From Phycisphaerales bacterium (GTDB lineage: Bacteria; Planctomycetota; Phycisphaerae; Phycisphaerales; UBA1924), in the NCBI GenBank assembly GCA_965227775.1, contig OZ245777.1:672001-736000 (forward strand): 64,000 nucleotides of DNA. The letters run 5' to 3'. The position numbers and the translations under genes are program-made. The notes under the pieces are model-generated. The model made no database searches. It was given only the letters and a program-made list of their open reading frames with translations, and was not told the DNA's origin. Positions 18,631-27,744 of the stretch are shown here, in pieces (the first letter of the stretch is position 1; each line of letters starts with the position of its first letter).

Positions 18631-19560
18631 TTAGCCGAAGCGGACCATGCGGGCAAACTGCTGGAAGCGCTCGTCGAGCTCGCTGGGCTTCAGGCTTGCC
18701 AAGCGATCGAGGCTAAACGACTCGATGTTGTAGCTCGCCACGATCGTGCCGTGCGCAACGGCTCGGTGGATGGCCTCGAACGACGTCGGATCGGCGCCCG
18801 CGTCGCCCTCGCGCGCCAGCGAGCCCATCATGCCCCCCGCGAAGCTATCGCCCGCGCCGGTTGGGTCCACCACTTCCTCGGTCGGGTACGCCGGGAGCGC
18901 CGCGATGCCGTCCTTATGCACGATGATGCAGCCGTGCTCGCCCTTCTTGACGACCACGAACTTCGGACCCATGTCGATAATCTGCCGTGCCGCGGCAACG
19001 GTGTTGCGCTTGCCGGTAAGCTGCTCAGCCTCTTCGAAGTTCAGCACCAGCCCATCGATCCTTTCGCACAGCTGCATGAGCTCGGGCTTGGCCGTATCGA
19101 TCCACAGGTCCATCGTGTCGGCGACGGCCAGCTGACGATCGCTGAGTTGCTCGAGCAGACCAAGCTGCACAGCCGGATGCGTGTTCGCGAGGAAGACGTA
19201 CCAGCTGTCGCGGAACTGATCGGGAACCACGGGCGGCTCTTCGGCCACGACACCAAGGTCGGTGTACAGCGTCTCGCGCTGGTCCATGTTGTCCATGTAC
19301 TTGCCGCCCCAGCGGAATGTCTTGGAGCCCTTGCGAACCTCAAGCCCGCTGTGGTCGACGCCCTCGAAGCGCTCCATCGTCTTACGAAGATCGTCGGGGA
19401 AGTCTTCTCCGACCGCCGCCACCACCCGCACGGGCTGGCAATAGAACGAGGCAGCCGCGGCAAAGTACGTACACGAACCGCCCAGCACGTTCTCCCGATG
19501 GCCGTGGTCGGGGGTGTACACGGTGTCGATACCAACGGTTCCGGTGACAATCAGGGGCAT
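18631..19560 (-). CDS. PfkB family carbohydrate kinase
   Basis: LGGSCTY, VKKGEHG, DPTGAGDSFAGG. Confidence 0.92.
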   Translation of the reverse strand: MPLIVTGTVGIDTVYTPDHGHRENVLGGSCTYFAAAASFYCQPVRVVAAVGEDFPDDLRKTMERFEGVDHSGLEVRKGSKTFRWGGKYMDNMDQRETLYTDLGVVAEEPPVVPDQFRDSWYVFLANTHPAVQLGLLEQLSDRQLAVADTMDLWIDTAKPELMQLCERIDGLVLNFEEAEQLTGKRNTVAAARQIIDMGPKFVVVKKGEHGCIIVHKDGIAALPAYPTEEVVDPTGAGDSFAGGMMGSLAREGDAGADPTSFEAIHRAVAHGTIVASYNIESFSLDRLASLKPSELDERFQQFARMVRFG

Positions 19561-19657
19561 GGACGGAGGGTAGGGCGAGCCCTCCCAGAAACAACCCACG
19601 GGCCGCTTCGCGTGGGAATCTCCAACGCCCTTGGGCAGCCCGCTACGCTCGCCCTCC

Positions 19658-20593
19658 ATGCCGCCCGCCGCGCCCACAACTTCACCGAGCACGAGCCCAA
19701 CCGCCGGCGTGGGCTTCGGCCTGCTGGCGTACTTCTGGTGGGGCAGCGTCGTGCCGATCTACATCAACGCGCTCACGCGCGGCGAGTGGGCCACGCCCGC
19801 CATCGAGCTCGTCGCGCAGCGCGTCATTTTCGGCATTCCTGTGTTGCTGCTGCTGCTTGCATTCACCGGCAGGCTGAATGAGCTCAAGGCGGCGCTTACC
19901 GAGCCCGCACGCCTGCGCGTTCTCCTGTTGAGTGCCGCGCTCATCGCCATCAATTGGTTTGCGTTCATTTACGCAGTCTCGACCAAGCGCCTCATCGACG
20001 CGAGCCTTGGCTACTACATCACGCCGCTGGTCTCGATCGCGCTGGGCGTCGTGCTCCTGGGCGAACGTCCGCGCAAGCCGCAGATCGTCGCGATCCTGCT
20101 GGCAGTCGCCTCGGTCGTCGTGCTCACAATCGATCGTGGCGGCCTGCCGTGGATCGCCGTTACCCTCGCGCTCAGCTTCGGGTTCTACGGGCTTGTCCGC
20201 AAGCGAGCTCAGACCAAGCCCGCGCCCGGCCTTTGCGTCGAGATGATCGCCATGCTGCCGGCGGCCATCGCCATATACGGGTGGCTCTTCGCCAACGGCA
20301 CCGAGCGGATCACCGAGGGGCCACCGCTACGCACCACCCTGATGCTCCTGGGCGGCGTCATGGTCACGGTGCCGCTCGTCGCGTTCGCCGCAGCGGCCCA
20401 CCGCCTGCGGCTCGCGACGCTCGGCATGCTGCAATACCTCGCGCCGACAGGCCAGTTCGTTCTTGCCATCGTCTATGGCCAGGAGCTCGACGCTATGACG
20501 CTGCTCGCGTTCGGCCTCATTTGGACGGCGCTCATGCTGTACAGCGCAGATGCCTGGCGCTGGGGCCAGAAGAACCGCAAGCCGGGCCGCTAG
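19658..20593 (+). CDS. rarD: EamA family transporter RarD
   Basis: AYFWWG, INW..FIYAV, ASLGYYITPL, FGFYGLVRK, LGMLQYLAPT; about 10 TM helices. Confidence 0.88.
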   Translation: MPPAAPTTSPSTSPTAGVGFGLLAYFWWGSVVPIYINALTRGEWATPAIELVAQRVIFGIPVLLLLLAFTGRLNELKAALTEPARLRVLLLSAALIAINWFAFIYAVSTKRLIDASLGYYITPLVSIALGVVLLGERPRKPQIVAILLAVASVVVLTIDRGGLPWIAVTLALSFGFYGLVRKRAQTKPAPGLCVEMIAMLPAAIAIYGWLFANGTERITEGPPLRTTLMLLGGVMVTVPLVAFAAAAHRLRLATLGMLQYLAPTGQFVLAIVYGQELDAMTLLAFGLIWTALMLYSADAWRWGQKNRKPGR

Positions 20594-20596
20594 GAC

Positions 20597-22309
20597 TCAG
20601 CGAGACGCGTTGAGCATGCCAGGTCGCTGGAAGCTCTGATACGCCACATCCATAGCCCGGCGATAGATCCACGCCCTCTCGAATGCCTGCGGCTCACGTC
20701 GCGCCTCGGCAAGGCTCTGCTCGAGCCGCTCGGCAACACGGGCATCAAGATCGTCCTTGCCAAGCAGCAGCATCGACTGGATCGTCACCTCGTAGATCGC
20801 GGCGCATGCGGCGTGCTGGCCTGCATTGAACAGCGGCACGCCCCGGTCAACTGCCAACTCGTACAAGCTCGCGGCGCGGGCATCGAACGATCGAGCCGTC
20901 GCCTGCTCCGGCTCGGGCGACGACGGCAGCAGCACCGCATCGATCAGGTGCACAACGCCGTTCGCCGCCTGGATGTCGCTCGCAACGATGGAGGCGCCAT
21001 TGACCTGCAGCGCGCCATCCTCGATACCAAAGCCGATCACTTCGCCGGTCAGCGTCTGCGTCTTTCCTGCGCCCAGCAGGTCGCGAGCCTCCAACCGGCC
21101 CGGGACGACGTGCAGCGCGAGCACGCCCACGAGCTGCTGGCGGTTCTCCGGCCTGAGAAGGGCTTCAACCGCTCCATCAGGAAGTGCAGCAAAAGCACTG
21201 TTCACGGGCGCGAACACGGTCCACGGGCCGTTCTCCGGGCCGAGCTGATCGGCCAAACCAGCGGCCGTCACCGCCGTGACGAGCGTGCTCAGGTCGTCGG
21301 TCTCTGATGCGATCGTGGTAATTGGGCGAAGCTCGGGCAGCAGAACGCCATCGATGACGTGCACAAGGCCCCCGTCGAACGGCACGTCGGCCGCAACGAG
21401 CCCGGCCTCTCCGATCGTCGCGGCACCAGCGGCCCCGATGGAAACACTCTGGCCGTTCAGCGTCTCGATCGATCGCCGGCCAAGCACCTCCGAGGAGGAC
21501 AGCGTGCCCGCCGCCACGTGGTAGGCCAGGATCGCCCGCAACGTGTCGCGGGCTTCGGGCTTCAGCAGTGCCTCGACCTGTTCGGCCGGCAACGCCGCGA
21601 AGGCGTCGTTGGTCGGCGCGAAGATCGTCACGGGCTCATCCGGCAACGAGAGCTCCGCCGCTTCGACGAGTTGCAGCAACGTTGTGAGGCCCGCCCGTGT
21701 CGCGACCGAAGCCAGGTCTCGCCCTTGCTCGCGCTGCGACGCCTGCGACTCAGAGCCGTACGCGCGAATGGAACCCACCTCGAGCTGGAACGCGCCGGGG
21801 TTCTTATCCGAGAGGGAGAAGCCGATCGACTCGATGTTCGTTGGCGTGATCTCGGGCGCACTCGACACCAATCGGCCGAACGAGTACAGCCTGAAATCAT
21901 CGAGCGGGAGGCGAATGGTCTTCCACTCGCCCTTTGTCGTCTGGAAGTCCTGCTGGTACGCCCCGGCCATCATGCGCACGTTCGAAAGGCGGACATCGAA
22001 CTTGTACGTCCGGCCGTCTCCGCGCACCTCGATCTCGATGCCCTCGGCGCCTTCGAACGCCGCTCCGTCAACAGCCGTCCGCGCCTGGCTGAAGCCGCCG
22101 TTGTTCTCGAGCCTTAGGTCTCCACTGAAACGCATGACGCCCGACTGCGGTGACGAGATCCGGCCCGTCGACAAGCCACCCATGACGCCATCGACGACCG
22201 TTCGCCATCCGTCAACACCGCGGTCGAACTCCATCTCGAAGTCCTGCGCGAATACGGATGCCGACGTCACGCCGAGGGCCACGATTCCCGAAGCAAGTAA
22301 CTTGTTCAT
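20597..22309 (-). CDS. secreted CIA30-domain + 2x fasciclin (FAS1) protein
   Basis: WRTVVDGVMGGLS, ENNGGF, GDGRTY (CIA30); TIFAPTNDAF/TVFAPVNSAF and NGVVHLID (FAS1). Confidence 0.88.
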   Translation of the reverse strand: MNKLLASGIVALGVTSASVFAQDFEMEFDRGVDGWRTVVDGVMGGLSTGRISSPQSGVMRFSGDLRLENNGGFSQARTAVDGAAFEGAEGIEIEVRGDGRTYKFDVRLSNVRMMAGAYQQDFQTTKGEWKTIRLPLDDFRLYSFGRLVSSAPEITPTNIESIGFSLSDKNPGAFQLEVGSIRAYGSESQASQREQGRDLASVATRAGLTTLLQLVEAAELSLPDEPVTIFAPTNDAFAALPAEQVEALLKPEARDTLRAILAYHVAAGTLSSSEVLGRRSIETLNGQSVSIGAAGAATIGEAGLVAADVPFDGGLVHVIDGVLLPELRPITTIASETDDLSTLVTAVTAAGLADQLGPENGPWTVFAPVNSAFAALPDGAVEALLRPENRQQLVGVLALHVVPGRLEARDLLGAGKTQTLTGEVIGFGIEDGALQVNGASIVASDIQAANGVVHLIDAVLLPSSPEPEQATARSFDARAASLYELAVDRGVPLFNAGQHAACAAIYEVTIQSMLLLGKDDLDARVAERLEQSLAEARREPQAFERAWIYRRAMDVAYQSFQRPGMLNASR

Positions 22310-22629
22310 CCCGCATCACTCCAGTCTGGCGAGCTTCCGACTCCCCACAAGGGCATCGGCTCCGCACGGGAGTGTCGCCAGCGGGATGACCGTCGGTCCG
22401 CCTTGCCGTCCGAGACACGGGACAATGAGCGAACGGATCGGGAATACGTGTATCGAGCGGCTTCCAAAGGGCCCTAGCGAGGGATCATGGCCCGCCATTG
22501 TGGACGAGTGTCAGAGAACGCGGCGCTGCAGTTGCCATCAGCCCAACAAGAAGCTCGCACCTTGAACGAGATATGGGACGCTCACATCTGCTGTGCAGTG
22601 GAGGTATCGCTTCGTTGATCGTGCCCGAC

Positions 22630-23472
22630 TCAGGCCTCTTCGTGGAACGCACCCGTGGAACGCCAGATGGACTCGAGCTGATCGATTCGTTCGCGTGCGC
22701 TCTTGCCGAGATCCGCAGCGACACGAGCAACAAGCAACTCGGCAGCCACGACCGCGGGAACAGAGCTGTCGAACGGTCCGACCGCGGGAACGCGCAGCTC
22801 GCACCAGTGCTGGGTGAGAGATGCCAGCGGTGAGAGCGGGCCATCGGTGATGGCGACGAGCGTGACTCCAAGGCTGGCAAGCGTGCGCGCGGCCATGACG
22901 GATCGGCGACGATAGCGGGCAAAATCGAAGACAACTGCGGCATCGCCCGATGAAGCCCCGCTGAGATCGCGCCCGATCGAGTGTTCGCTGACGAGGACGA
23001 CGTCGGCCCGGATCATGCTGAGTCCGCTCTGCAGCGCCCGTGCGCCCGCCATAGACGTTTCACCGGAGAGCACGTACACCCGACGCGCGCGGGCAATTGG
23101 CAAAGCCAACGCGTCAAGCTTGGATTCGTCGAACACCTCGAAGACCTGCTGGACCGCATCTGCGATGGCCGAGCGGGTGTCGTCCGATTCACTCGAGTGA
23201 CGCCGGATGCGCGCGCTCGGGCTCGAGAGTTGCTTCGACAGCCCGTCGCGGATCCACTCCTGCAAATCGGTGTATCCGGAGAATCCGAGCTTGGTCGCAA
23301 AGCGCACAATGGACGGCCGGCTCGTGCCCGCTCGCTCTGCGAGATCGGAAACCGTGCCAAACGCCAGCAGCGTCGGGTCGCCCGAAACCACCTCCGCGAT
23401 ACGACGTTCGGTAGGTGTCAGGCGGTCGCCAACGCCCGCGATGAGGTCCTGAACAGTCATACGGAGCGGCAC
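22630..23472 (-). CDS. MurR/RpiR family transcriptional regulator (HTH + SIS)
   Basis: LTPTERRIAE, S.PSIVRFATKLGFSGY, AITD.PLSPLA; alternative start ATG 23460. Confidence 0.92.
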   Translation of the reverse strand: MPLRMTVQDLIAGVGDRLTPTERRIAEVVSGDPTLLAFGTVSDLAERAGTSRPSIVRFATKLGFSGYTDLQEWIRDGLSKQLSSPSARIRRHSSESDDTRSAIADAVQQVFEVFDESKLDALALPIARARRVYVLSGETSMAGARALQSGLSMIRADVVLVSEHSIGRDLSGASSGDAAVVFDFARYRRRSVMAARTLASLGVTLVAITDGPLSPLASLTQHWCELRVPAVGPFDSSVPAVVAAELLVARVAADLGKSARERIDQLESIWRSTGAFHEEA

Positions 23473-23495
23473 CCTCGGTGATCGTGGTCATTCCG

Positions 23496-23532
23496 TTGCA
23501 ACTGGTCGTTCATACTGTACAATGCGTTACAG
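23496..23532 (+). promoter_or_regulatory. sigma70-like promoter of the aminomutase operon with overlapping palindromic operator
   Basis: TTGCAA(23496-23501)-N16-TACAAT(23518-23523); inverted repeat CTGTA-N8-TACAG at 23515-23532. Confidence 0.6.
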
Positions 23533-23574
23533 CAATCGGCCACCCTTTCGTTCCTTATCCCGGAGCTCCAGCCC

Positions 23575-25044
23575 ATGATCCAAGAGCAGAGCCACGAGTA
23601 CGTTCCCACCGATCGCGAGAAGGCGTTCCTCGAGACAGTCGAGGACCCCCGCTACGAGCGTGGAATCATCAACGGGCTCAAGCCCTTCTTCGATGAGAAG
23701 GCCCCCGATGACATGCTCAACTTCTACGGTGGCGACGAGATCGTGGCGCTCCGGGTGCGCAAGGGCACCGAGCGAGACGTCGAGTCTCGAATGCCGGTCA
23801 AGATCACACGGCACTACTACGAGATCGCCAAGAACAGCGCGGCCATCCAGCGCATCGTCAAGGCCAGCCCCGACGAGACCGACAACCTGCAAGGCTCGGA
23901 GGATCCGGGCAACCAGATGGACTACAGCCCGGTCGAGGGATTGCTGCACAAGTACGAGATGGGCCTTATGTACGTCATCTCGACCTGCTCGGCTCACTGC
24001 CGCTTCTGCTACCGCGAGGAGTTGATCGCTCGCAAGGACGTCAAGCGAATCGACGGAACGGTCAAGAAGAAGGGCCTGGCCAAGATTTCAGAGATCATTC
24101 CGTACATCAAGAAGCACAACGCGATCGTTGCGGCCAACGGAGGCGTCCACCCCGACACCGGACGCGAGAAGCTCCGCGAGATCCTGCTCTCCGGTGGTGA
24201 TGCGATGGTGCTGAACAACGCCAAGCTCGCGGCTTGGTTTGCAGCGCTCGCCGAGGCTGGCGTCGAGACGATCCGCGTGGGTACAAAGGAGATGGCGTTC
24301 TACCCACAACGGTTCGACAAGACATTCTTCGATATGCTCGATCGGTTCCATGAGAACTACCCAGAGGTCGGCATGAACTTCATGCTCCACTTCGAGCACC
24401 CCGACGAGATCCTCGCCAAGGACGCCGACGGTAACTACATCGAAGACGAGAAGGGCTTCAAGCAGTGGATCCCGGCAACGGGCGAAGCGATGCGGAACCT
24501 GGTGAGCCGCGGCTGGCTGACGGTCCAGAACCAGGCCCCGATCATCAAGGGCATCAACGACGATGCCGACGCGCTTCGAATCCTGCAGCGTGAGTTCAAG
24601 CGCGCCGGCGGGGAGAACCACTACTTCTTCTGCGGTCGCGATATCGTGGCGTACAAGGCCTTCAACGTCCCGATCGAAACGGCCTGGCAGACCCTCAACA
24701 AATCGCAGATGGGTCTGTCCGGCGTCGAGAAGCACGCCCGCCTTTCGATCACGCACTACAAGGGCAAGACCGAAGTCGCATCGGTGACCAACGAGCCGAT
24801 TCCGGGCCTCAAGGGTGCGGAGAACGGCGTCGTGATCTTCAAGCTCCTGCGCAACTCGGGCGGAGCCAACGAGATCGGCAAGGTGTGCATCGTGGGCCGA
24901 AACCCCGAGGCACTGTGGTTCGATGACTACGAAGACCGCGTGCTCTTTGATGAGGCCGGCCTGTTCGACTACACCCGCACCAAGGCGCACGGTGACTCGG
25001 CGATGCCGGCTTCGATGCCGCAGATGACCGGACCCTGCGGATGA
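23575..25044 (+). CDS. KamA-family radical SAM/PLP amino acid 2,3-aminomutase (divergent; substrate probably not lysine)
   Basis: GLLHKY...CSAHCRFCYR (CxxxCxxC + Arg), EILLSGGD, IRVGT, HFEHP, NQAPIIKGIND, LSG...KGK (putative PLP Lys). Confidence 0.88.
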   Translation: MIQEQSHEYVPTDREKAFLETVEDPRYERGIINGLKPFFDEKAPDDMLNFYGGDEIVALRVRKGTERDVESRMPVKITRHYYEIAKNSAAIQRIVKASPDETDNLQGSEDPGNQMDYSPVEGLLHKYEMGLMYVISTCSAHCRFCYREELIARKDVKRIDGTVKKKGLAKISEIIPYIKKHNAIVAANGGVHPDTGREKLREILLSGGDAMVLNNAKLAAWFAALAEAGVETIRVGTKEMAFYPQRFDKTFFDMLDRFHENYPEVGMNFMLHFEHPDEILAKDADGNYIEDEKGFKQWIPATGEAMRNLVSRGWLTVQNQAPIIKGINDDADALRILQREFKRAGGENHYFFCGRDIVAYKAFNVPIETAWQTLNKSQMGLSGVEKHARLSITHYKGKTEVASVTNEPIPGLKGAENGVVIFKLLRNSGGANEIGKVCIVGRNPEALWFDDYEDRVLFDEAGLFDYTRTKAHGDSAMPASMPQMTGPCG

Positions 25045-25751
25045 TCAACAAACGCGTCGGCAGCCCATCCGAGGCCGTCGCGGACGTGTTCGATGGCGCG
25101 GCGATCATGGTCGGCGGCTTCGGCGAGGCCGGCAGTCCGATCGAGCTCATCCATGCTCTGATCGATCAGGGCTCGAGCGATCTCACGGTCATCAGTAACA
25201 ACACCGGCAGTGGCGAAGTCGGGCTGGCCGCGCTGCTCAAGGCCGGCCGCGTCTCGAAGGTGATCTGCTCGTTCCCGAGGACGGCGAATTCGACCGTGTT
25301 CCCAGAGCTCTACCGGGCAGGGAAGACCGCGCTCGAGCTGGTCCCGCAAGGCACGCTCGCAGAGCGCATCCGCGCGGGAGGAGCCGGCATCCCTGCGTTC
25401 TACACGCCCGCGGCGGTCGGCACGCCGCTCGCCGAAGGGAAAGAGCAACGTACATTCGAAGGCCGCGACTACATCCTTGAGAGAGGACTTCGAGCCGACT
25501 TCGCGCTCATCAAGGCCAAGGCGGCCGACACGCACGGCAACACCATCTACAACAAGACCGCTCGCAACTTCGGCCCACCGATGGCAATGGCGAGCGACGT
25601 CGCCATCGTTCAGGCCGAGAGCATCGTTGAGCCGGGCATGATCGACCCGGAGATCGTGGTGTCGCCGGGCATCTTCGTCGATCGCGTGGTCGAAGTTGCC
25701 GCCCCCGCTCACGAATCGGAACTCGTTGCGGCCGGAGCCACCTACCCATGA
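25041..25751 (+). CDS. pcaI: 3-oxoacid CoA-transferase subunit A (PcaI-like)
   Basis: MINK, MVGGFG.AG.P.ELI.AL, ICSFPR, PQGTLAERIRAGGAGI, ARNFGP.MA; ATGA overlap with the upstream gene. Confidence 0.9.
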   Translation: MINKRVGSPSEAVADVFDGAAIMVGGFGEAGSPIELIHALIDQGSSDLTVISNNTGSGEVGLAALLKAGRVSKVICSFPRTANSTVFPELYRAGKTALELVPQGTLAERIRAGGAGIPAFYTPAAVGTPLAEGKEQRTFEGRDYILERGLRADFALIKAKAADTHGNTIYNKTARNFGPPMAMASDVAIVQAESIVEPGMIDPEIVVSPGIFVDRVVEVAAPAHESELVAAGATYP

Positions 25752-26410
25752 CGCAATCAGCGGCAACAGAACGGGTCGGACGCACGCGCGAGCAGATGGC
25801 AGAGCGTCTCGCCCATGACATCGCGGATGGCTCGTACGTCAATCTCGGCATCGGCATTCCAGAGCTCGTCGCGAAGTACGTCCCCGAAGGACGCGAGCTG
25901 GTGTATCACACCGAGAACGGCCTGCTCGGCATGGGCCCCTCGCCTGCTGAGGGAGAGGGCGATCCGGAGCTGATCAACGCCGGCAAGCGGCGGGTGACGG
26001 CAAACCCGGGTGCATCGTTCTTCCATCACGCCGACAGCTTTGCCATGATCAGGGGTGGCCACATCGACCTCTGCGTGCTCGGTGCACTCCAGGTTGCTGC
26101 CAATGGTGACCTGGCAAACTGGTCGACGGGAGCGGCCGACGCGATCCCGGCCGTTGGTGGTGCGATGGACCTCGTAGCGGGCGTCAAGAAGGTGTACGTA
26201 ATCACGCAGCACACCACCAAGACGGGCGAACCCAAGCTCGTCAAGCAGTGCACCTACCCCCTGACCGGCCTCGGCGTGATCGACCGCGTGTACACGGATC
26301 TGGCCGTCATCGACATCACGCCCGATGGATTCTGCCTCGTCGAGCTAAGCCCAGGCGTTGATTTCGACTTCGTACAAGAACGCACCGCAGCACCATTGCT
26401 CCAGCCATGA
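25748..26410 (+). CDS. pcaJ: 3-oxoacid CoA-transferase subunit B (PcaJ-like)
   Basis: YVNLGIGIP, HTENG (catalytic Glu), SFAMIRGGH.D, AVGGAMDL, CTYPLTG. Confidence 0.9.
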   Translation: MTQSAATERVGRTREQMAERLAHDIADGSYVNLGIGIPELVAKYVPEGRELVYHTENGLLGMGPSPAEGEGDPELINAGKRRVTANPGASFFHHADSFAMIRGGHIDLCVLGALQVAANGDLANWSTGAADAIPAVGGAMDLVAGVKKVYVITQHTTKTGEPKLVKQCTYPLTGLGVIDRVYTDLAVIDITPDGFCLVELSPGVDFDFVQERTAAPLLQP

Positions 26411-27732
26411 CACAACACACAGCCAAAGCCACTCGAAGCGCCGAGCTCTTCGAGCGTGGTCAGCGGGTCATGCCGGGCGGCGTGAGCCGAAACACCGTGC
26501 TCCGAGCACCACACCCCGCATACGCCGACTTTGGGACGGGCTGCCGCGTCACCGATCTCGAAGGCGTCACGCGGATCGACTTCTCGAACAACATGTGCTC
26601 GCTCATCCACGGACACGCCGATCCCGACATCGTCCAGGCGGTGACCAATCAGCTTGCGCGTGGCAGCGCGTTCATGATGGCGACGGAAGCGGAGGTTGAA
26701 TACGCCGAGCACCTTTGCAGCAGGTCGCCTTCTTTCGAGAAACTCAGGTTCGTCAACTCGGGCACCGAAGCACTCATGGTCTGCCTGAAGGCCGCACGCG
26801 CGCACACGGGCCGGGCCAAGATCGCCAAGATAGAAGGGGCGTACCACGGCGGCTACGACTACGCCGAGGTCAGCCAGGCACCCAAGCCCGACCGCTGGGG
26901 CCACATCGATCGCCCCGAATCAGTGCCGCTGGTTCGCGGGACGCCGCGGTCGGCGCTCGACGATGTCGTGATCCTCCCGTTCAACGACGTGGCGCGTGCG
27001 ATTACGCGGCTCAACGAGCATGCCGATGAACTCGCGTGTGTACTCCTCGACCTGATGCCCCATCGCGTGGGGTTGAACCCGGTTGAAACTGAGTTTGTCG
27101 ACGCGATCGCGCAATGGGCATGCGACCACGGCGTGCTGCTTGTGCTCGACGAGGTCATCACGTACCGCTCCGAGTACGGCGGGCTCCAGACGCGGTACGA
27201 CCTTCGCCCGGATCTCACCGCGATCGGCAAGCTCATCGGTGGAGGCTTTCCCATCGGTGCCGTCGCTGGACGGGCCGAAGTGATGGACACGATGAATCCA
27301 CGCGGTGACAACTTCGTGTTTCCACATTCGGGCACGTTCTCGGCGAATCCCATCAGCACCGTCGCGGGCCTGACCGCTATGCGCAAGTTTGATGAACCGG
27401 CCGTACAGCGTCTGAATGCCCTCGCGGATCGCGCCAAGCGCGGCATTGCGGAGGCCATCGAACGGACGGGTGCTACTGCGTGTTTGACCGGCACGGGCTC
27501 GATGTTCCGTGTTCACATGAAGCCGTCCGCACCGCGCAACTACCGCGAGGCTCACACGACGCCCGAAGAGAACGCACGCCTGGCAGCAATGCTGGACCAC
27601 CTCTTCCAGGAAGGCTGCATCATGATCAACACGTGCACCGCCGTGCTTTCGACGCCCATGGGCGAAGCCGAGATCGACCACCTGGTGGCCGCGATGGAAT
27701 CCGGCCTCGCGAAGATCGCGTCGATGCCCTAG
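26407..27732 (+). CDS. class III PLP aminotransferase, beta-amino acid transaminase/GSA-aminomutase-like
   Basis: MPGGVSRNT, FVNSGTEA, GAYHG, DEVIT, GKLIGGGFPIGA (PLP Lys), HSGTFSANP. Confidence 0.88.
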   Translation: MTQHTAKATRSAELFERGQRVMPGGVSRNTVLRAPHPAYADFGTGCRVTDLEGVTRIDFSNNMCSLIHGHADPDIVQAVTNQLARGSAFMMATEAEVEYAEHLCSRSPSFEKLRFVNSGTEALMVCLKAARAHTGRAKIAKIEGAYHGGYDYAEVSQAPKPDRWGHIDRPESVPLVRGTPRSALDDVVILPFNDVARAITRLNEHADELACVLLDLMPHRVGLNPVETEFVDAIAQWACDHGVLLVLDEVITYRSEYGGLQTRYDLRPDLTAIGKLIGGGFPIGAVAGRAEVMDTMNPRGDNFVFPHSGTFSANPISTVAGLTAMRKFDEPAVQRLNALADRAKRGIAEAIERTGATACLTGTGSMFRVHMKPSAPRNYREAHTTPEENARLAAMLDHLFQEGCIMINTCTAVLSTPMGEAEIDHLVAAMESGLAKIASMP

Positions 27733-27744
27733 CCGATCGAGCGC

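Noticed and set aside
23575..25044. Ordinary lysine 2,3-aminomutase (kamA/epmB/ablA)
   Set aside because: No efp/epmA, ablB or kamDE nearby, and the lysine-binding Asp positions appear substituted, so no gene symbol was assigned.
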